A DNA stretch of 64,000 nucleotides from SAR202 cluster bacterium (GTDB lineage Bacteria; Chloroflexota; Dehalococcoidia; Lucifugimonadales; UBA2962), in the NCBI GenBank assembly GCA_009392275.1, contig VFGV01000011.1, forward strand, positions 78,895 through 142,894, in the 5' to 3' direction. Below are positions 17,300 to 26,801 of this stretch, piece by piece. A program made the position numbers and the translations under genes. The notes under the pieces were generated by a model. It made no database searches. It was not told where the DNA came from and saw nothing but the letters and a program-made list of their open reading frames with translations. Position 1 is the stretch's first letter, and each line of letters starts with the position of its first letter.

Positions 17300-19687
17300 T
17301 TGAGCGAACCGTTAATTTGGATCCTCATGATTGAACTTATAGGAATAGTTGCTTTTCCTATAAGTTTTCTGCTTTTAAGGTGGTTGCCTGACAGAGGGAT
17401 TGCCTTATCTATCCCCCTAGGCATGGTCATTGCAGCATATCTGTCATGGGTTCTGAGTTACACTCATATTGTTCCGGCAGACGGCTTTGGACCAGCTTTA
17501 TCATTAATCATTATTGCCATTCCGTCTATCTACATATTTTGTAGGCATAGAAAGCAAATCGTTCAACATTTGCAAAGTCATATTTGGTTAATCGTAGTAA
17601 CTCAATTGATATTTTTAGCACTATTTTCACTGTGGACACTTTATAGATTTTATGACCCATCTATATCACACACAGAGCAACCTATGGATATGGCCTTATT
17701 GAGTGCATCTGTGAGGACCGAATTTGCGCCGCCAGAGGATCCATGGCTTCGGGGTGAGTCGATTAGTTATTACTATTTTGGGTATTGGATCATAGCTTTT
17801 TGTTCTAACCTCGTGAATATAAAACCCAGTATTGCGTATAATTTAGCCCTCTCCTTAATTCCTGCCATAACATCTATAGGTGTAATTGGATTGGTATATA
17901 ACATCATAAAAATTGATGGAGGAAAAATTAAATTCGCCATATTTGCCGGTCTAATTTCATCAATGGTGCTGCTGGCATCATCTAATTTTGAAGGAGTATT
18001 AGAATTCCTGCGATTTAATGGTATTGGTAGCGAGTCATTTTGGGATTGGCTGTCAATTGATGGGATTACCGGACCTATAGTCAATCTAACAGATAGCTGG
18101 AGACCCACAGAGTTTTGGTGGTGGTGGCGCGCAACTCGAGTTATAAATACTTTTGAGAATGGAGTCGGCCTGGACTATACAATTCATGAATTTCCGTTAT
18201 TTTCCACCCTGCTAGGGGATTTGCATCCACACTTTTTATCTTTGCCTTTTGTGATGTTATTTTTAGGTTTGGTTACAAATTTTGCGCTAAGTCAGAGGAT
18301 TATGCTGCCCGGCCTTACTCTTATATCTAATTTGCCCATTAAAAAAGTCATAGTTAATTATGCCACGGCTTTTCGAAATAATGGTAGCCAACTCATATTT
18401 ATAGGGTTCATTTTGGGAGCTCTTGGCTTCATTAATACCTGGGACTTGCCTATATTCGGGTTAGTTTTTGTAGGCGTTGTGTTTTTTAAAATATACAAAG
18501 ACCATGGACTTTCTATTTTAGATATTTTGATTAGAGCTTTACCAATCCTAGTAATTGTATTTGCTGCTACATTCTTGCTATATTCACCATATTATTTCTA
18601 TTTCCAAAGTCAATTTTCAGGCCTGTCTCCAGTAACAGATATTACTTCAAGACCCATACATTTCTTTGTTGTTTGGGGATTATTTTTGCTGTTAGTTATA
18701 CCTTTTGTTTTATATGTTTTTTCCAAATCACAATTGAGGCATGGATGGTTTGGTATCGCTTGTATATCAGCTCTAATTTCTATTCTGCCGTTTCTGTTTT
18801 GGTTGGTTTTGATTGCGTGGACTGGTAGTTCGAAAGTTATGGTTCTGAGCCGGTTTGTTAAATTGTTGCCCATTATGATTGTTATATTCATGGCTGCTTA
18901 TTCTGCAATGTATGCCCTTAGGGATGGCAGGATAGGTGGGGTTAAAACAGCGGGTCTATCGCTAATTTTGGTTTTAGTATGTTCGGGCTTTACTTTGATA
19001 ATGCTTCCAGAGCTCATAATAGTTAGTGATCAATTCGGAAGCAGGATGAACACTATATTTAAGTTGTATTATCAGGCTTGGATTCTGCTCTCGATTTCCC
19101 TTGGAGTTGTAGCGTACTACGTGGGTTATTTATTAATAAAATCTGATGGTTTACAAAAATTAATCGTGGCGAGTTCTGTTTTGATTTCAGTTGTTTTACT
19201 TTCAATCTCTTTGTACTATGCTCCGGCAGCAGCATTTACAAAGATGGATACAGCCGAAGTCAAAAGCTTAGATGGATTAGAGTACATAAAAAACAAAAAC
19301 CCCGATGAATTAGCGGCAATCAATTTTCTAATTAATACATCTGAGAAGCATGAAGCATTAGTTGAAGCGGTGGGGACTTCTTATAGTGAATACGGCAGAA
19401 TTTCTGCTAGCACAGGAATACCAACAATTTTAGGTTGGCCAGCACATGAAATACAGTGGAGAGGTTCTGATTTAGGTTTATCCCAGCGTGCGGATGATGT
19501 TGAGAGGATTTATCAGGGTTTAGATCCTCAAGAGGCATACTCTCTGCTGGTTAAATATGACGTAAGTTATGTTTACGTTGGTCCAAGAGAGAGGAGAAAA
19601 TATGGAACTAGTGGGCTGGAAAAATTTGAAGGGCTGATGACTAAAGTATTCGATACCGACACTGTAGTTATTTATAAGATTAGGTAA
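17300..19687 (+). CDS. DUF2298 / 'Chlor_Arch_YYY' polytopic membrane protein
   Basis: 795 aa with many TM helices. Signature GESISYYYFGYW, the YYY motif of the Chloroflexi/Archaea family (TIGR03662, from memory). TTG start 6 nt after GGAGG. Confidence 0.8.
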   Translation: MSEPLIWILMIELIGIVAFPISFLLLRWLPDRGIALSIPLGMVIAAYLSWVLSYTHIVPADGFGPALSLIIIAIPSIYIFCRHRKQIVQHLQSHIWLIVVTQLIFLALFSLWTLYRFYDPSISHTEQPMDMALLSASVRTEFAPPEDPWLRGESISYYYFGYWIIAFCSNLVNIKPSIAYNLALSLIPAITSIGVIGLVYNIIKIDGGKIKFAIFAGLISSMVLLASSNFEGVLEFLRFNGIGSESFWDWLSIDGITGPIVNLTDSWRPTEFWWWWRATRVINTFENGVGLDYTIHEFPLFSTLLGDLHPHFLSLPFVMLFLGLVTNFALSQRIMLPGLTLISNLPIKKVIVNYATAFRNNGSQLIFIGFILGALGFINTWDLPIFGLVFVGVVFFKIYKDHGLSILDILIRALPILVIVFAATFLLYSPYYFYFQSQFSGLSPVTDITSRPIHFFVVWGLFLLLVIPFVLYVFSKSQLRHGWFGIACISALISILPFLFWLVLIAWTGSSKVMVLSRFVKLLPIMIVIFMAAYSAMYALRDGRIGGVKTAGLSLILVLVCSGFTLIMLPELIIVSDQFGSRMNTIFKLYYQAWILLSISLGVVAYYVGYLLIKSDGLQKLIVASSVLISVVLLSISLYYAPAAAFTKMDTAEVKSLDGLEYIKNKNPDELAAINFLINTSEKHEALVEAVGTSYSEYGRISASTGIPTILGWPAHEIQWRGSDLGLSQRADDVERIYQGLDPQEAYSLLVKYDVSYVYVGPRERRKYGTSGLEKFEGLMTKVFDTDTVVIYKIR

Positions 19688-19693
19688 TCCTAT

Positions 19694-21904
19694 TTGAATA
19701 AAATGTTAAGAATAGAAGATATCAGTTTTAAAACTAAGCTATTTGGTGGAATATACACCAGGGTATTGTTCAACCTAATAATTAAAAGTATGGAGTTTTT
19801 AAAACTCAATCGAATTGAGGTGTTAGCCTATTTAACATTGCTGGTTAGCGCAGGCATAATGCGTTTTTGGGATTTAGGTTCCAGGGCATTGCACCATGAT
19901 GAAAGCTTACATGCTTATTTTTCATGGCAATTATTTGCAGGAAATGGATATGTTCATAATCCAATGATGCATGGACCGCTGCAGTTTGAGCTTAATGCTG
20001 TGCTTTTCTATATTTTTGGAGTTACAGACATTACAGCAAGGAGTCTGTATGCTTTATTTGGAATTGTCTTAATTCTTTGCCCTTTATTGCTTAGAGATAA
20101 ATTAGGCAAATTGGGTTGTTTTATAACAGCCTTGCTATTAACTTTTTCCCCCGCACTACTATACTTTAGTCGTTTTGCCAGAAACGACATTCTCATGGCG
20201 GTCTGGACTTTTACCTTAATAGCGTTTCTGTGGAGATATCTAGATTCTGGCAAAAATCGGTATTTGTTTGGAACCGCCTTTGCTTTGGCCTTATCATTTT
20301 CGTCAAAAGAGAGCACATACTTTACGATAACTATTCTTTCAATATATTTGTTATTTGTATTGATCCGTAGAAACTTACACCTGGTATATAAACAGCATAA
20401 TCTTTATGGGATATCAATTATTCAGGTTATTGTGATATTAATTAATTCAGCTTTCATTAAGTTGAAGGACTCAATATCATTACAACATAGTTCCCGGGAA
20501 ACAGTGTTTTTAATTGTATTATGGACACTTTCTCTTCCGCTGTGGTCAGGATTCATTTCTATTTTTCAGATTGCCGGGTCTAATTTAGTTCTTGCTTCTG
20601 AAATCGGACCAAATATTGGGTCTCCATCTGGTGGGGGATTAATCTTTGCAGGCGCATTGATAGCAATTTGTTTTCTTATAGGTTGTGTTATTGGCCTTCG
20701 CTGGAATTGGAAGACATGGATAATATGTGCCTTGACCTTTTATATTCCATGGATATTATTTCACACTACATTTTTGCATAATATGAACGGCGTTGGATCA
20801 GGTTTATGGCAATCTCTTGGCTATTGGGTAGTTCAACAGGGAGAGAGTCGTGGTAATCAGCCTGCATACTACTATTTGTTAATTACCCTTTTATATGAAT
20901 TTCTTCCATTATTCGTTTCTCTTACATCAGTTATTTATTATTTTAAGAGGAACGCAATTTTTGCAAAATTCCTAATATTTTGGTCAATAGCGACTTTCTT
21001 AATGTATACGATAGCTAGTGAGAAAATGCCCTGGCTTTTGGTTCATATAACGTTACCTATGATAGTTCTTTCAGGGAAAGTTCTAGGCGACTATTTTAAA
21101 AACGAAACAGTTTTAAAACTTGTTAGTTTGAAAAACTGCTTTCTTGTATTGCTAATGTTTGCTTTATTGTTTTTTGCCTGGAGATTAGCATTCTTTGGTA
21201 TAGATGGGAACGCTGATAATTTTTGGATGCTACTTTTGTTGGCTTTTGGCTTAGTTTTAGTTGTGTTAGGAGTAGGGTTTTTGGTAATAAACGACCAAAA
21301 TAAAACCTCTATTAAGGTCATTGGACTCAGTATCATTTTTATTTTATTGTGCCTAAGTGTTCGTAGTGGCGTTATAGCTACTTATAAAAACGGAGATATT
21401 CCTGTGGAAATGCTGGTTTATACACAGACCTCTCCCGATGTGCCATCATTAGCGAGGCAAATAGCTAAGATAGAGGCAGAAAGTGGAAACAAGCCGACTG
21501 TTGATGTTGACTCGACTAGCGGATTTCAATGGCCTTGGGCATGGTATTTGAGGGATATTGCCATGACAGGATACCCTCAATATGGACAACATTTACCTTC
21601 GAGCATGATGGAACAGGAAGTGTTAATCATTCATTCGCAAAACAAATTAGCCGTTCAGGAACCGTTAAAGGAAAAATATGGAGAAGGAATTAGGTTTAGG
21701 CATAGATGGTGGTTTCCTGAACATACTTACAGAGACCTCAGTTTAAAAAAGATAATTCTATCTATAAGTGATCGATCTGCATGGACAAGGTCTATCGATT
21801 ATTTTCTATATCGTGACCTCAATCATAATTTGTCAAGCGAAGATGCATATGTATACTTTGATGATCCTGAGATGCGAAACTTTAGATCTCTTGAATTAAA
21901 ATAA
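19694..21904 (+). CDS. TIGR03663-like GT-C/PMT_2-like polytopic membrane protein (putative glycosyltransferase or flippase-associated protein)
   Basis: N-terminal MRFWDLGSRALHHDESLHAYFSW motif followed by many TM helices and a C-terminal soluble domain. The start is ambiguous: TTG 19694, ATG 19703 or ATG 19790. The last sits just before the first TM helix. Confidence 0.75.
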   Translation: MNKMLRIEDISFKTKLFGGIYTRVLFNLIIKSMEFLKLNRIEVLAYLTLLVSAGIMRFWDLGSRALHHDESLHAYFSWQLFAGNGYVHNPMMHGPLQFELNAVLFYIFGVTDITARSLYALFGIVLILCPLLLRDKLGKLGCFITALLLTFSPALLYFSRFARNDILMAVWTFTLIAFLWRYLDSGKNRYLFGTAFALALSFSSKESTYFTITILSIYLLFVLIRRNLHLVYKQHNLYGISIIQVIVILINSAFIKLKDSISLQHSSRETVFLIVLWTLSLPLWSGFISIFQIAGSNLVLASEIGPNIGSPSGGGLIFAGALIAICFLIGCVIGLRWNWKTWIICALTFYIPWILFHTTFLHNMNGVGSGLWQSLGYWVVQQGESRGNQPAYYYLLITLLYEFLPLFVSLTSVIYYFKRNAIFAKFLIFWSIATFLMYTIASEKMPWLLVHITLPMIVLSGKVLGDYFKNETVLKLVSLKNCFLVLLMFALLFFAWRLAFFGIDGNADNFWMLLLLAFGLVLVVLGVGFLVINDQNKTSIKVIGLSIIFILLCLSVRSGVIATYKNGDIPVEMLVYTQTSPDVPSLARQIAKIEAESGNKPTVDVDSTSGFQWPWAWYLRDIAMTGYPQYGQHLPSSMMEQEVLIIHSQNKLAVQEPLKEKYGEGIRFRHRWWFPEHTYRDLSLKKIILSISDRSAWTRSIDYFLYRDLNHNLSSEDAYVYFDDPEMRNFRSLELK

Positions 21905-22005
21905 AAATATGGCGTGCCAAATACAGGTCCAAATCGTATAAGAAAACTTGCTAAGCAATTTGAAAAGTCCCGATAGCCCCATAGTCAAAAATATATTCAT
22001 AAATT

Positions 22006-23073
22006 ATGTTGAATCGTTATAAAACTTGGATTGGAATTTCACTAACTGCAATCTTGCTCATTGCTTTTCTACTCACCGTAGATGTCGTTAAGATGTTCGA
22101 TTCTCTTGTTGAGGCTAATTACTTGTTCATTTTGCCAGCCATTGCAATGTATTTGGTATCGTTGCTCTTTAGAACATTGCGATGGAAAATGTTGTTAACA
22201 CATATGCAGTATATAAGTATGTCCAGGCTATATCCTGTAGTGGTAGTCGGGTATATGGCCAATAATATTTTGCCAATGAGGTTGGGTGAATTTGTCAGAA
22301 GTTATTATCTTCGAGAACGGGAGGGTGTAAGTGTAAGTGCTGCATTGGCGACCGTGTTTGTTGAACGTGTGATTGATGCGCTTACGTTGTTGATATTTAT
22401 TGTTGTTATTGCATTTATTGTTCCACTGGGTGTAGGAGGAGTAGTTGAGGGACTAGGCGAGAGGTCGGGGATTGCATGGCCGGTGATAGTGTTATGCGCG
22501 ACAATTCCATTTGTACTGTGTTTTACGGTATTTATGTTAGTAGCTCGATACCCGGAATTTACATTAAAAATCACGGCAAAAATATTTTCTATACTTCCTG
22601 GCAGAATAAAAACAGTCTTATATGAACTGTGCAAAACGTTCGTAGCCGGCCTATCGGCATTAAAAAGCCCACAGTTAATAATGGGAATGTTTATAGTTTC
22701 TGTACCCATTTGGCTATTTGAGGCAGCGCTTTTCTACCTCATAGGTATATCGTTTGATTTCCAAAACCATTTAGGTGGTCACTTTAATTTAGCGCTTATA
22801 TCCGTTCTAGTGACAGCAATTACTAACATTGGAGCTTCAATTCCTGCCGCACCAGGCGGTATTGGGCTATTTGAAATAATTGCCCGTGAGACATTGGTTT
22901 TAATTCCTTTAGGGATAATTGATAGGTCTGCAGCTGCTGGATATGCAGCAGTGGTTCATGCTACTTTACTTATACCTATAATATTGCTAGGGCAGATAAT
23001 ATTGTGGTGGGACAACATATCCCTTAATCGATTATGGATTTTGGGGGAAAATAGTACAGAGGATAAAGATTGA
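22006..23073 (+). CDS. flippase-like domain protein (UPF0104 / LPG-synthase TM-domain family)
   Basis: About 8 TM helices. FRTLRWKMLL motif after TM2 and a C-terminal PAAPGGIGLFE motif, typical of the UPF0104/TIGR00374 family. Confidence 0.75.
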   Translation: MLNRYKTWIGISLTAILLIAFLLTVDVVKMFDSLVEANYLFILPAIAMYLVSLLFRTLRWKMLLTHMQYISMSRLYPVVVVGYMANNILPMRLGEFVRSYYLREREGVSVSAALATVFVERVIDALTLLIFIVVIAFIVPLGVGGVVEGLGERSGIAWPVIVLCATIPFVLCFTVFMLVARYPEFTLKITAKIFSILPGRIKTVLYELCKTFVAGLSALKSPQLIMGMFIVSVPIWLFEAALFYLIGISFDFQNHLGGHFNLALISVLVTAITNIGASIPAAPGGIGLFEIIARETLVLIPLGIIDRSAAAGYAAVVHATLLIPIILLGQIILWWDNISLNRLWILGENSTEDKD

Positions 23074-24407
23074 GAGTAGGAATTATTGGGGCAGGAGCAG
23101 CTGGCTTAGCTGCGGCTTATGATTTAGCACTTGCTGGTATAGAAGTAGTCGTATATGAAAAAGCTTCATTTGTTGGTGGCCAAGCATCGACATTTGATAT
23201 TGAATCTACTCCGTTGGAGAGGGGATATCATCACCTATTTACTTCAGATACTGACATATTATCTTTAATGTCCGAGATAGGACTTTCTGATCGTATGGAA
23301 TGGCATGAGTCAAAAGTAGGGATATTTCACGGCGGCAAAATTTTCAATCTGGTTACGCCTATGGATCTTTTAAAGTTTTCTCCTTTAAGTATCATTGATC
23401 GGATTCGTATGGGTATAGTAACAATGATTTTGAAAACAAAAAAAGATTGGAAATCTCTTGAGCATGTGACTACGGATAAATGGATAAAAAACTGGGCTGG
23501 TAAAAGGGTATACGAAGTAGTTTGGGGTCCACTTTTACGTGGGAAATTTGGAGATCGACATTATAAAGAAATAGGTATGCCGTGGTTTTGGGGGAAAATA
23601 CACACTAGGTTTGCCTCACGTGGCAAAAGTATGACTAAAGAACTATTAGGCTATCCTAAAGGTAGTTTCTCTGAAATTTTTGACACTTTGGTTGAGAAAA
23701 TTGAATTAATGGGTGGTAAAGTTAGATTATCTACAGGTGTTAAAGAGATAATCATTAAGGATGGAAAAGCTGTAGGACTATCAGTTGAATCCGATTCTGT
23801 ATCTAACAAGGACCGTACTGAAAAGTTTGACATAATCCTGTCCACTACACCTTCATTTGTGTTTCCAAAACTTGTCCCGCAAATGCCAAAGGAATATGAG
23901 AATAGACTTTTAAACGTGCAGTATATGTCTGCAGTTCTCATTATATTGATACTAGATCGACCCATAACTAACGTTTATTGGCTTAATGTGGCTGATCGAT
24001 CAATACCTTTCGTTGGACTTATTGAACATACGAACATGATAGATTCATCTGTATATGGTGGTAAACATGTGGTTTACTTATCAAATTACCTTAATGTAGA
24101 TCATCCGCTTTACCAAATGGATCACCAAGAATTGTTGGCCGAATATTTGCCACATATAAACAAGATAAATCCTGACTTTGATAAATCATGGATTGTTAAA
24201 AGTTATTATCACAAAGTCGGAGCGGCGCAGCCGATTATCGGTGTTAACTATTCACAACGTATTCCAGCCCATAGGACCCCTTTTGAAAGTCTATATCTAG
24301 CCAACACTACTCAAATATACCCAGAGGACAGGGGTACTAACTACTCAGTACGTATGGGGCGTGAAGTAGCAAAACTATTATTGAAAGACTACATTTCATC
24401 AAATTAG
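23070..24407 (+). CDS. NAD(P)/FAD-dependent oxidoreductase (amine-oxidase / phytoene-desaturase-like fold)
   Basis: N-terminal dinucleotide motif VGIIGAGAAGLAAAYDLALAGIEVVVYEKASFVGG. TTG start 6 nt after AGAGGA, overlapping the upstream stop (TTGA). Confidence 0.8.
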   Translation: MRVGIIGAGAAGLAAAYDLALAGIEVVVYEKASFVGGQASTFDIESTPLERGYHHLFTSDTDILSLMSEIGLSDRMEWHESKVGIFHGGKIFNLVTPMDLLKFSPLSIIDRIRMGIVTMILKTKKDWKSLEHVTTDKWIKNWAGKRVYEVVWGPLLRGKFGDRHYKEIGMPWFWGKIHTRFASRGKSMTKELLGYPKGSFSEIFDTLVEKIELMGGKVRLSTGVKEIIIKDGKAVGLSVESDSVSNKDRTEKFDIILSTTPSFVFPKLVPQMPKEYENRLLNVQYMSAVLIILILDRPITNVYWLNVADRSIPFVGLIEHTNMIDSSVYGGKHVVYLSNYLNVDHPLYQMDHQELLAEYLPHINKINPDFDKSWIVKSYYHKVGAAQPIIGVNYSQRIPAHRTPFESLYLANTTQIYPEDRGTNYSVRMGREVAKLLLKDYISSN

Positions 24408-24489
24408 AAATGCGTTGTTGCAGCAATATCTTTCTGGTAGGATTTGCTGGTAGCATTTGTGAATCATTTATCAAATTAGGAGATCAGGC

Positions 24490-25020
24490 TTGTCATCGGA
24501 TATAACGCCTAAAATAGACCCTACGCCAGATTCAGAAAAACAGGATCTCAAGGATCGTATAAATAAAGCTGTAACAACTCAAAAGAGACCGACCGTGACT
24601 GTGTTATCATCCCTACTATCGATTGAAGATGAATTGGGTTATATTCCTGACGAAGCGATATCTATCGTAGCTGAATATAACAATTCAACGATTAATGAAG
24701 TGTGGGGAGTAGCCTCATTTTATCCAAATTTTCGATTTGACCCTCCTTCCAAGAATACCGTTGAGGTATGCTGGGGACCGTCTTGTCATTTAGTTGGTGC
24801 AACAGATGTAATTAAGGCTGTTTTAGATGAATTAGAGCTTGATGGAGAAGGAGATACGATCGATAAAATTGCTACATTTAAGTTCAATACATGTTTGGGT
24901 GCTTGTCCTCAAGCACCCGTAATGAGTATAAATCATCGGATGTATGGAAAAATATCAGCTAAACAGGCTAAATCTCATATTTTAGAATTGAGAAAAAATA
25001 TAAATGGGTCTGACAAATGA
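24490..25020 (+). CDS. NuoE/HoxE-like thioredoxin-fold [2Fe-2S] subunit
   Basis: Cys pattern CWGPSCHLVG ... CLGACPQAPVM, characteristic of NuoE/24-kDa subunits. TTG start after AGGAG. Confidence 0.85.
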   Translation: MSSDITPKIDPTPDSEKQDLKDRINKAVTTQKRPTVTVLSSLLSIEDELGYIPDEAISIVAEYNNSTINEVWGVASFYPNFRFDPPSKNTVEVCWGPSCHLVGATDVIKAVLDELELDGEGDTIDKIATFKFNTCLGACPQAPVMSINHRMYGKISAKQAKSHILELRKNINGSDK

Positions 25021-26801
25021 GTTCATATGAGACACTAAAAGAATTAGCCGAATCTAGGTGGTCAGAACTTACAAAAGGCAGTGCTCCTTGGATAAAAATA
25101 GGTATGTCTATGTGTTGTGGACAAGCTTCGGGAGCATATGAAACGCTAGGCGAGATTAAAGAGGTGTTAAATTCATTAAGTATTGAGGCAAATGTCAGTG
25201 AAGTAGGATGTCTAGGTATTTGCTACGCATCTCCCGTCGTAGATATTTTGTTGCCTAATAAACATCGTGCTGTATACGGCAATGTAACTCCAGATTTAGT
25301 ACATGATTTGGTTGATAGATGTTTGGTTAAAGGGAAAATTCCAAAGAAAAATTTACTAGGAGTGGAAAATCTAGGAACCAATAATCTACAAGGTCTACCT
25401 GATTTCAATGAACTGCCTCAGATTAAACTTCAAAATCGCATCGCACTTCGAAATGCCGGTCATATTGATCCGAAAGATATATATCAGTACATAGCTCGTG
25501 GTGGATATTTGGGATTGAATAGAGCTTTAACTGATCTTAAACCCGAAGATGTAATTGAAGAGATTAAATCCTCTGGTTTAAGGGGACGTGGAGGAGCAGC
25601 GTTTCCAACTGGTGTGAAATGGAGCTTTATGACTAGAGGAGAGAAACCGAAGTATATTTTGTGCAATTGTGAAGAGGGTGACCCTGGAGCATTTAATGAC
25701 AAATCCATTTTAGAAAGTGACCCATACACGACTATTGAAGGTATGGCCATAGCTGCTTATGCTACTGGGTCCACAAATGGAATAATTTTTATAAGGCATG
25801 GCCATGATGGCCCAATTGATGCTACTGAAGATGCAATCAAGCAGGCATATGAAGTTGGTTTGTTAGGTAAAAACATACTTGGATCTGATTTTAGTTTTGA
25901 TTTAGAAGTGTCTTTGACAGGCGAGTCGTACGTAGCTGGTGAGGAAACGGCGCTTATGGAGGCTGTTGAAGGTAAAAGGTCAATGCCTAGAGCGAGGCCG
26001 CCTTTTCCGGCAGCTTATGGTGTATGGGGTCGTCCTAGTACTATTAATAACGTAAAGTCTCTTTCATATGCACCATCTATTCTTGAACATGGATCAGACT
26101 GGTTTTCATCCATCGGAGTAAACAAGAGTACCGGTACTGCCATTATTTGTCTCAGCGGTAACATAAAATATCCGGGCTTATATGAAGTTCCGATGGGACT
26201 AACAATTGGTGATGTAATCGATAATATTGGTGGTGGTGTTCCTAATGGCCGTAAACTAAAAATGTTACAAACGGGAGGACCTCTTGGAGGAGTTCTAAGC
26301 TCTGATTCTCTAGAAATACGTTTAGATTTTGATGAAATGAGAGAGGCTGGGGCTATACTAGGATCAGGCGGGATAATAGTTGCTGACGATCGAACATGTG
26401 CAGTCGATCTTACCAGAGTTCTTGTTGCTTTTTGTCAATTTGAATCATGTGGAAAATGTTTTCCTTGTCGCTTAGGAACTACTAATTTGTTAGAAATTGT
26501 TGAACGTATGTCATCTAATAAAGCTAGACTAGGTGATGTTGAATTAATGAAGCAAATTGGTCAAACAATGCAAGCAGGATCTCTTTGTGGGCATGGACAA
26601 TTAGGATTCAACCCAATCGAATCAGCAATGAAGCATTTTAAAGAAGACTGGAGCGCTTGTGTTGATGAAGGAAAGTGCCTCACTGGGTCATGCAATAAAC
26701 CGCATTTCACTCCAATAAATACAAGACCATTTGCAGAGGCTCCTATCAAAAACACAGTTCCCATTCAAATTGCAAATCAAGTTGGAGAAAAAAATGAGTG
26801 A
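25017..26801 (+). CDS. NuoF/HoxF-like NAD(H)-binding FMN flavoprotein subunit with an extra N-terminal [2Fe-2S]-like domain
   Basis: GLRGRGGAAFPTGVKW (FMN/NADH site), CNCEEGDPGAFNDK, ESCGKCFPCRLGT (N3 [4Fe-4S]). The N-terminal 100 aa carry CCGQ...CLGIC. ATGA overlap with the upstream gene. Confidence 0.9.
   Translation: MSSYETLKELAESRWSELTKGSAPWIKIGMSMCCGQASGAYETLGEIKEVLNSLSIEANVSEVGCLGICYASPVVDILLPNKHRAVYGNVTPDLVHDLVDRCLVKGKIPKKNLLGVENLGTNNLQGLPDFNELPQIKLQNRIALRNAGHIDPKDIYQYIARGGYLGLNRALTDLKPEDVIEEIKSSGLRGRGGAAFPTGVKWSFMTRGEKPKYILCNCEEGDPGAFNDKSILESDPYTTIEGMAIAAYATGSTNGIIFIRHGHDGPIDATEDAIKQAYEVGLLGKNILGSDFSFDLEVSLTGESYVAGEETALMEAVEGKRSMPRARPPFPAAYGVWGRPSTINNVKSLSYAPSILEHGSDWFSSIGVNKSTGTAIICLSGNIKYPGLYEVPMGLTIGDVIDNIGGGVPNGRKLKMLQTGGPLGGVLSSDSLEIRLDFDEMREAGAILGSGGIIVADDRTCAVDLTRVLVAFCQFESCGKCFPCRLGTTNLLEIVERMSSNKARLGDVELMKQIGQTMQAGSLCGHGQLGFNPIESAMKHFKEDWSACVDEGKCLTGSCNKPHFTPINTRPFAEAPIKNTVPIQIANQVGEKNE

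Noticed and set aside
18110-18130. TGG-repeat run encoding WWWW in the DUF2298 protein
   Set aside because: It is in-frame within a long conserved membrane protein (EFWWWWRATR). I judged it a protein feature, not a DNA repeat or slippery site.
26731-26793. N-terminal extension of the NuoG/FdhA-like gene (track start 26731)
   Set aside because: It lies within nuoF-like coding sequence. ATG 26794 has a GGAG at proper spacing, and the product then starts just before the 2Fe-2S domain (MSEDLVINIDGKEI).
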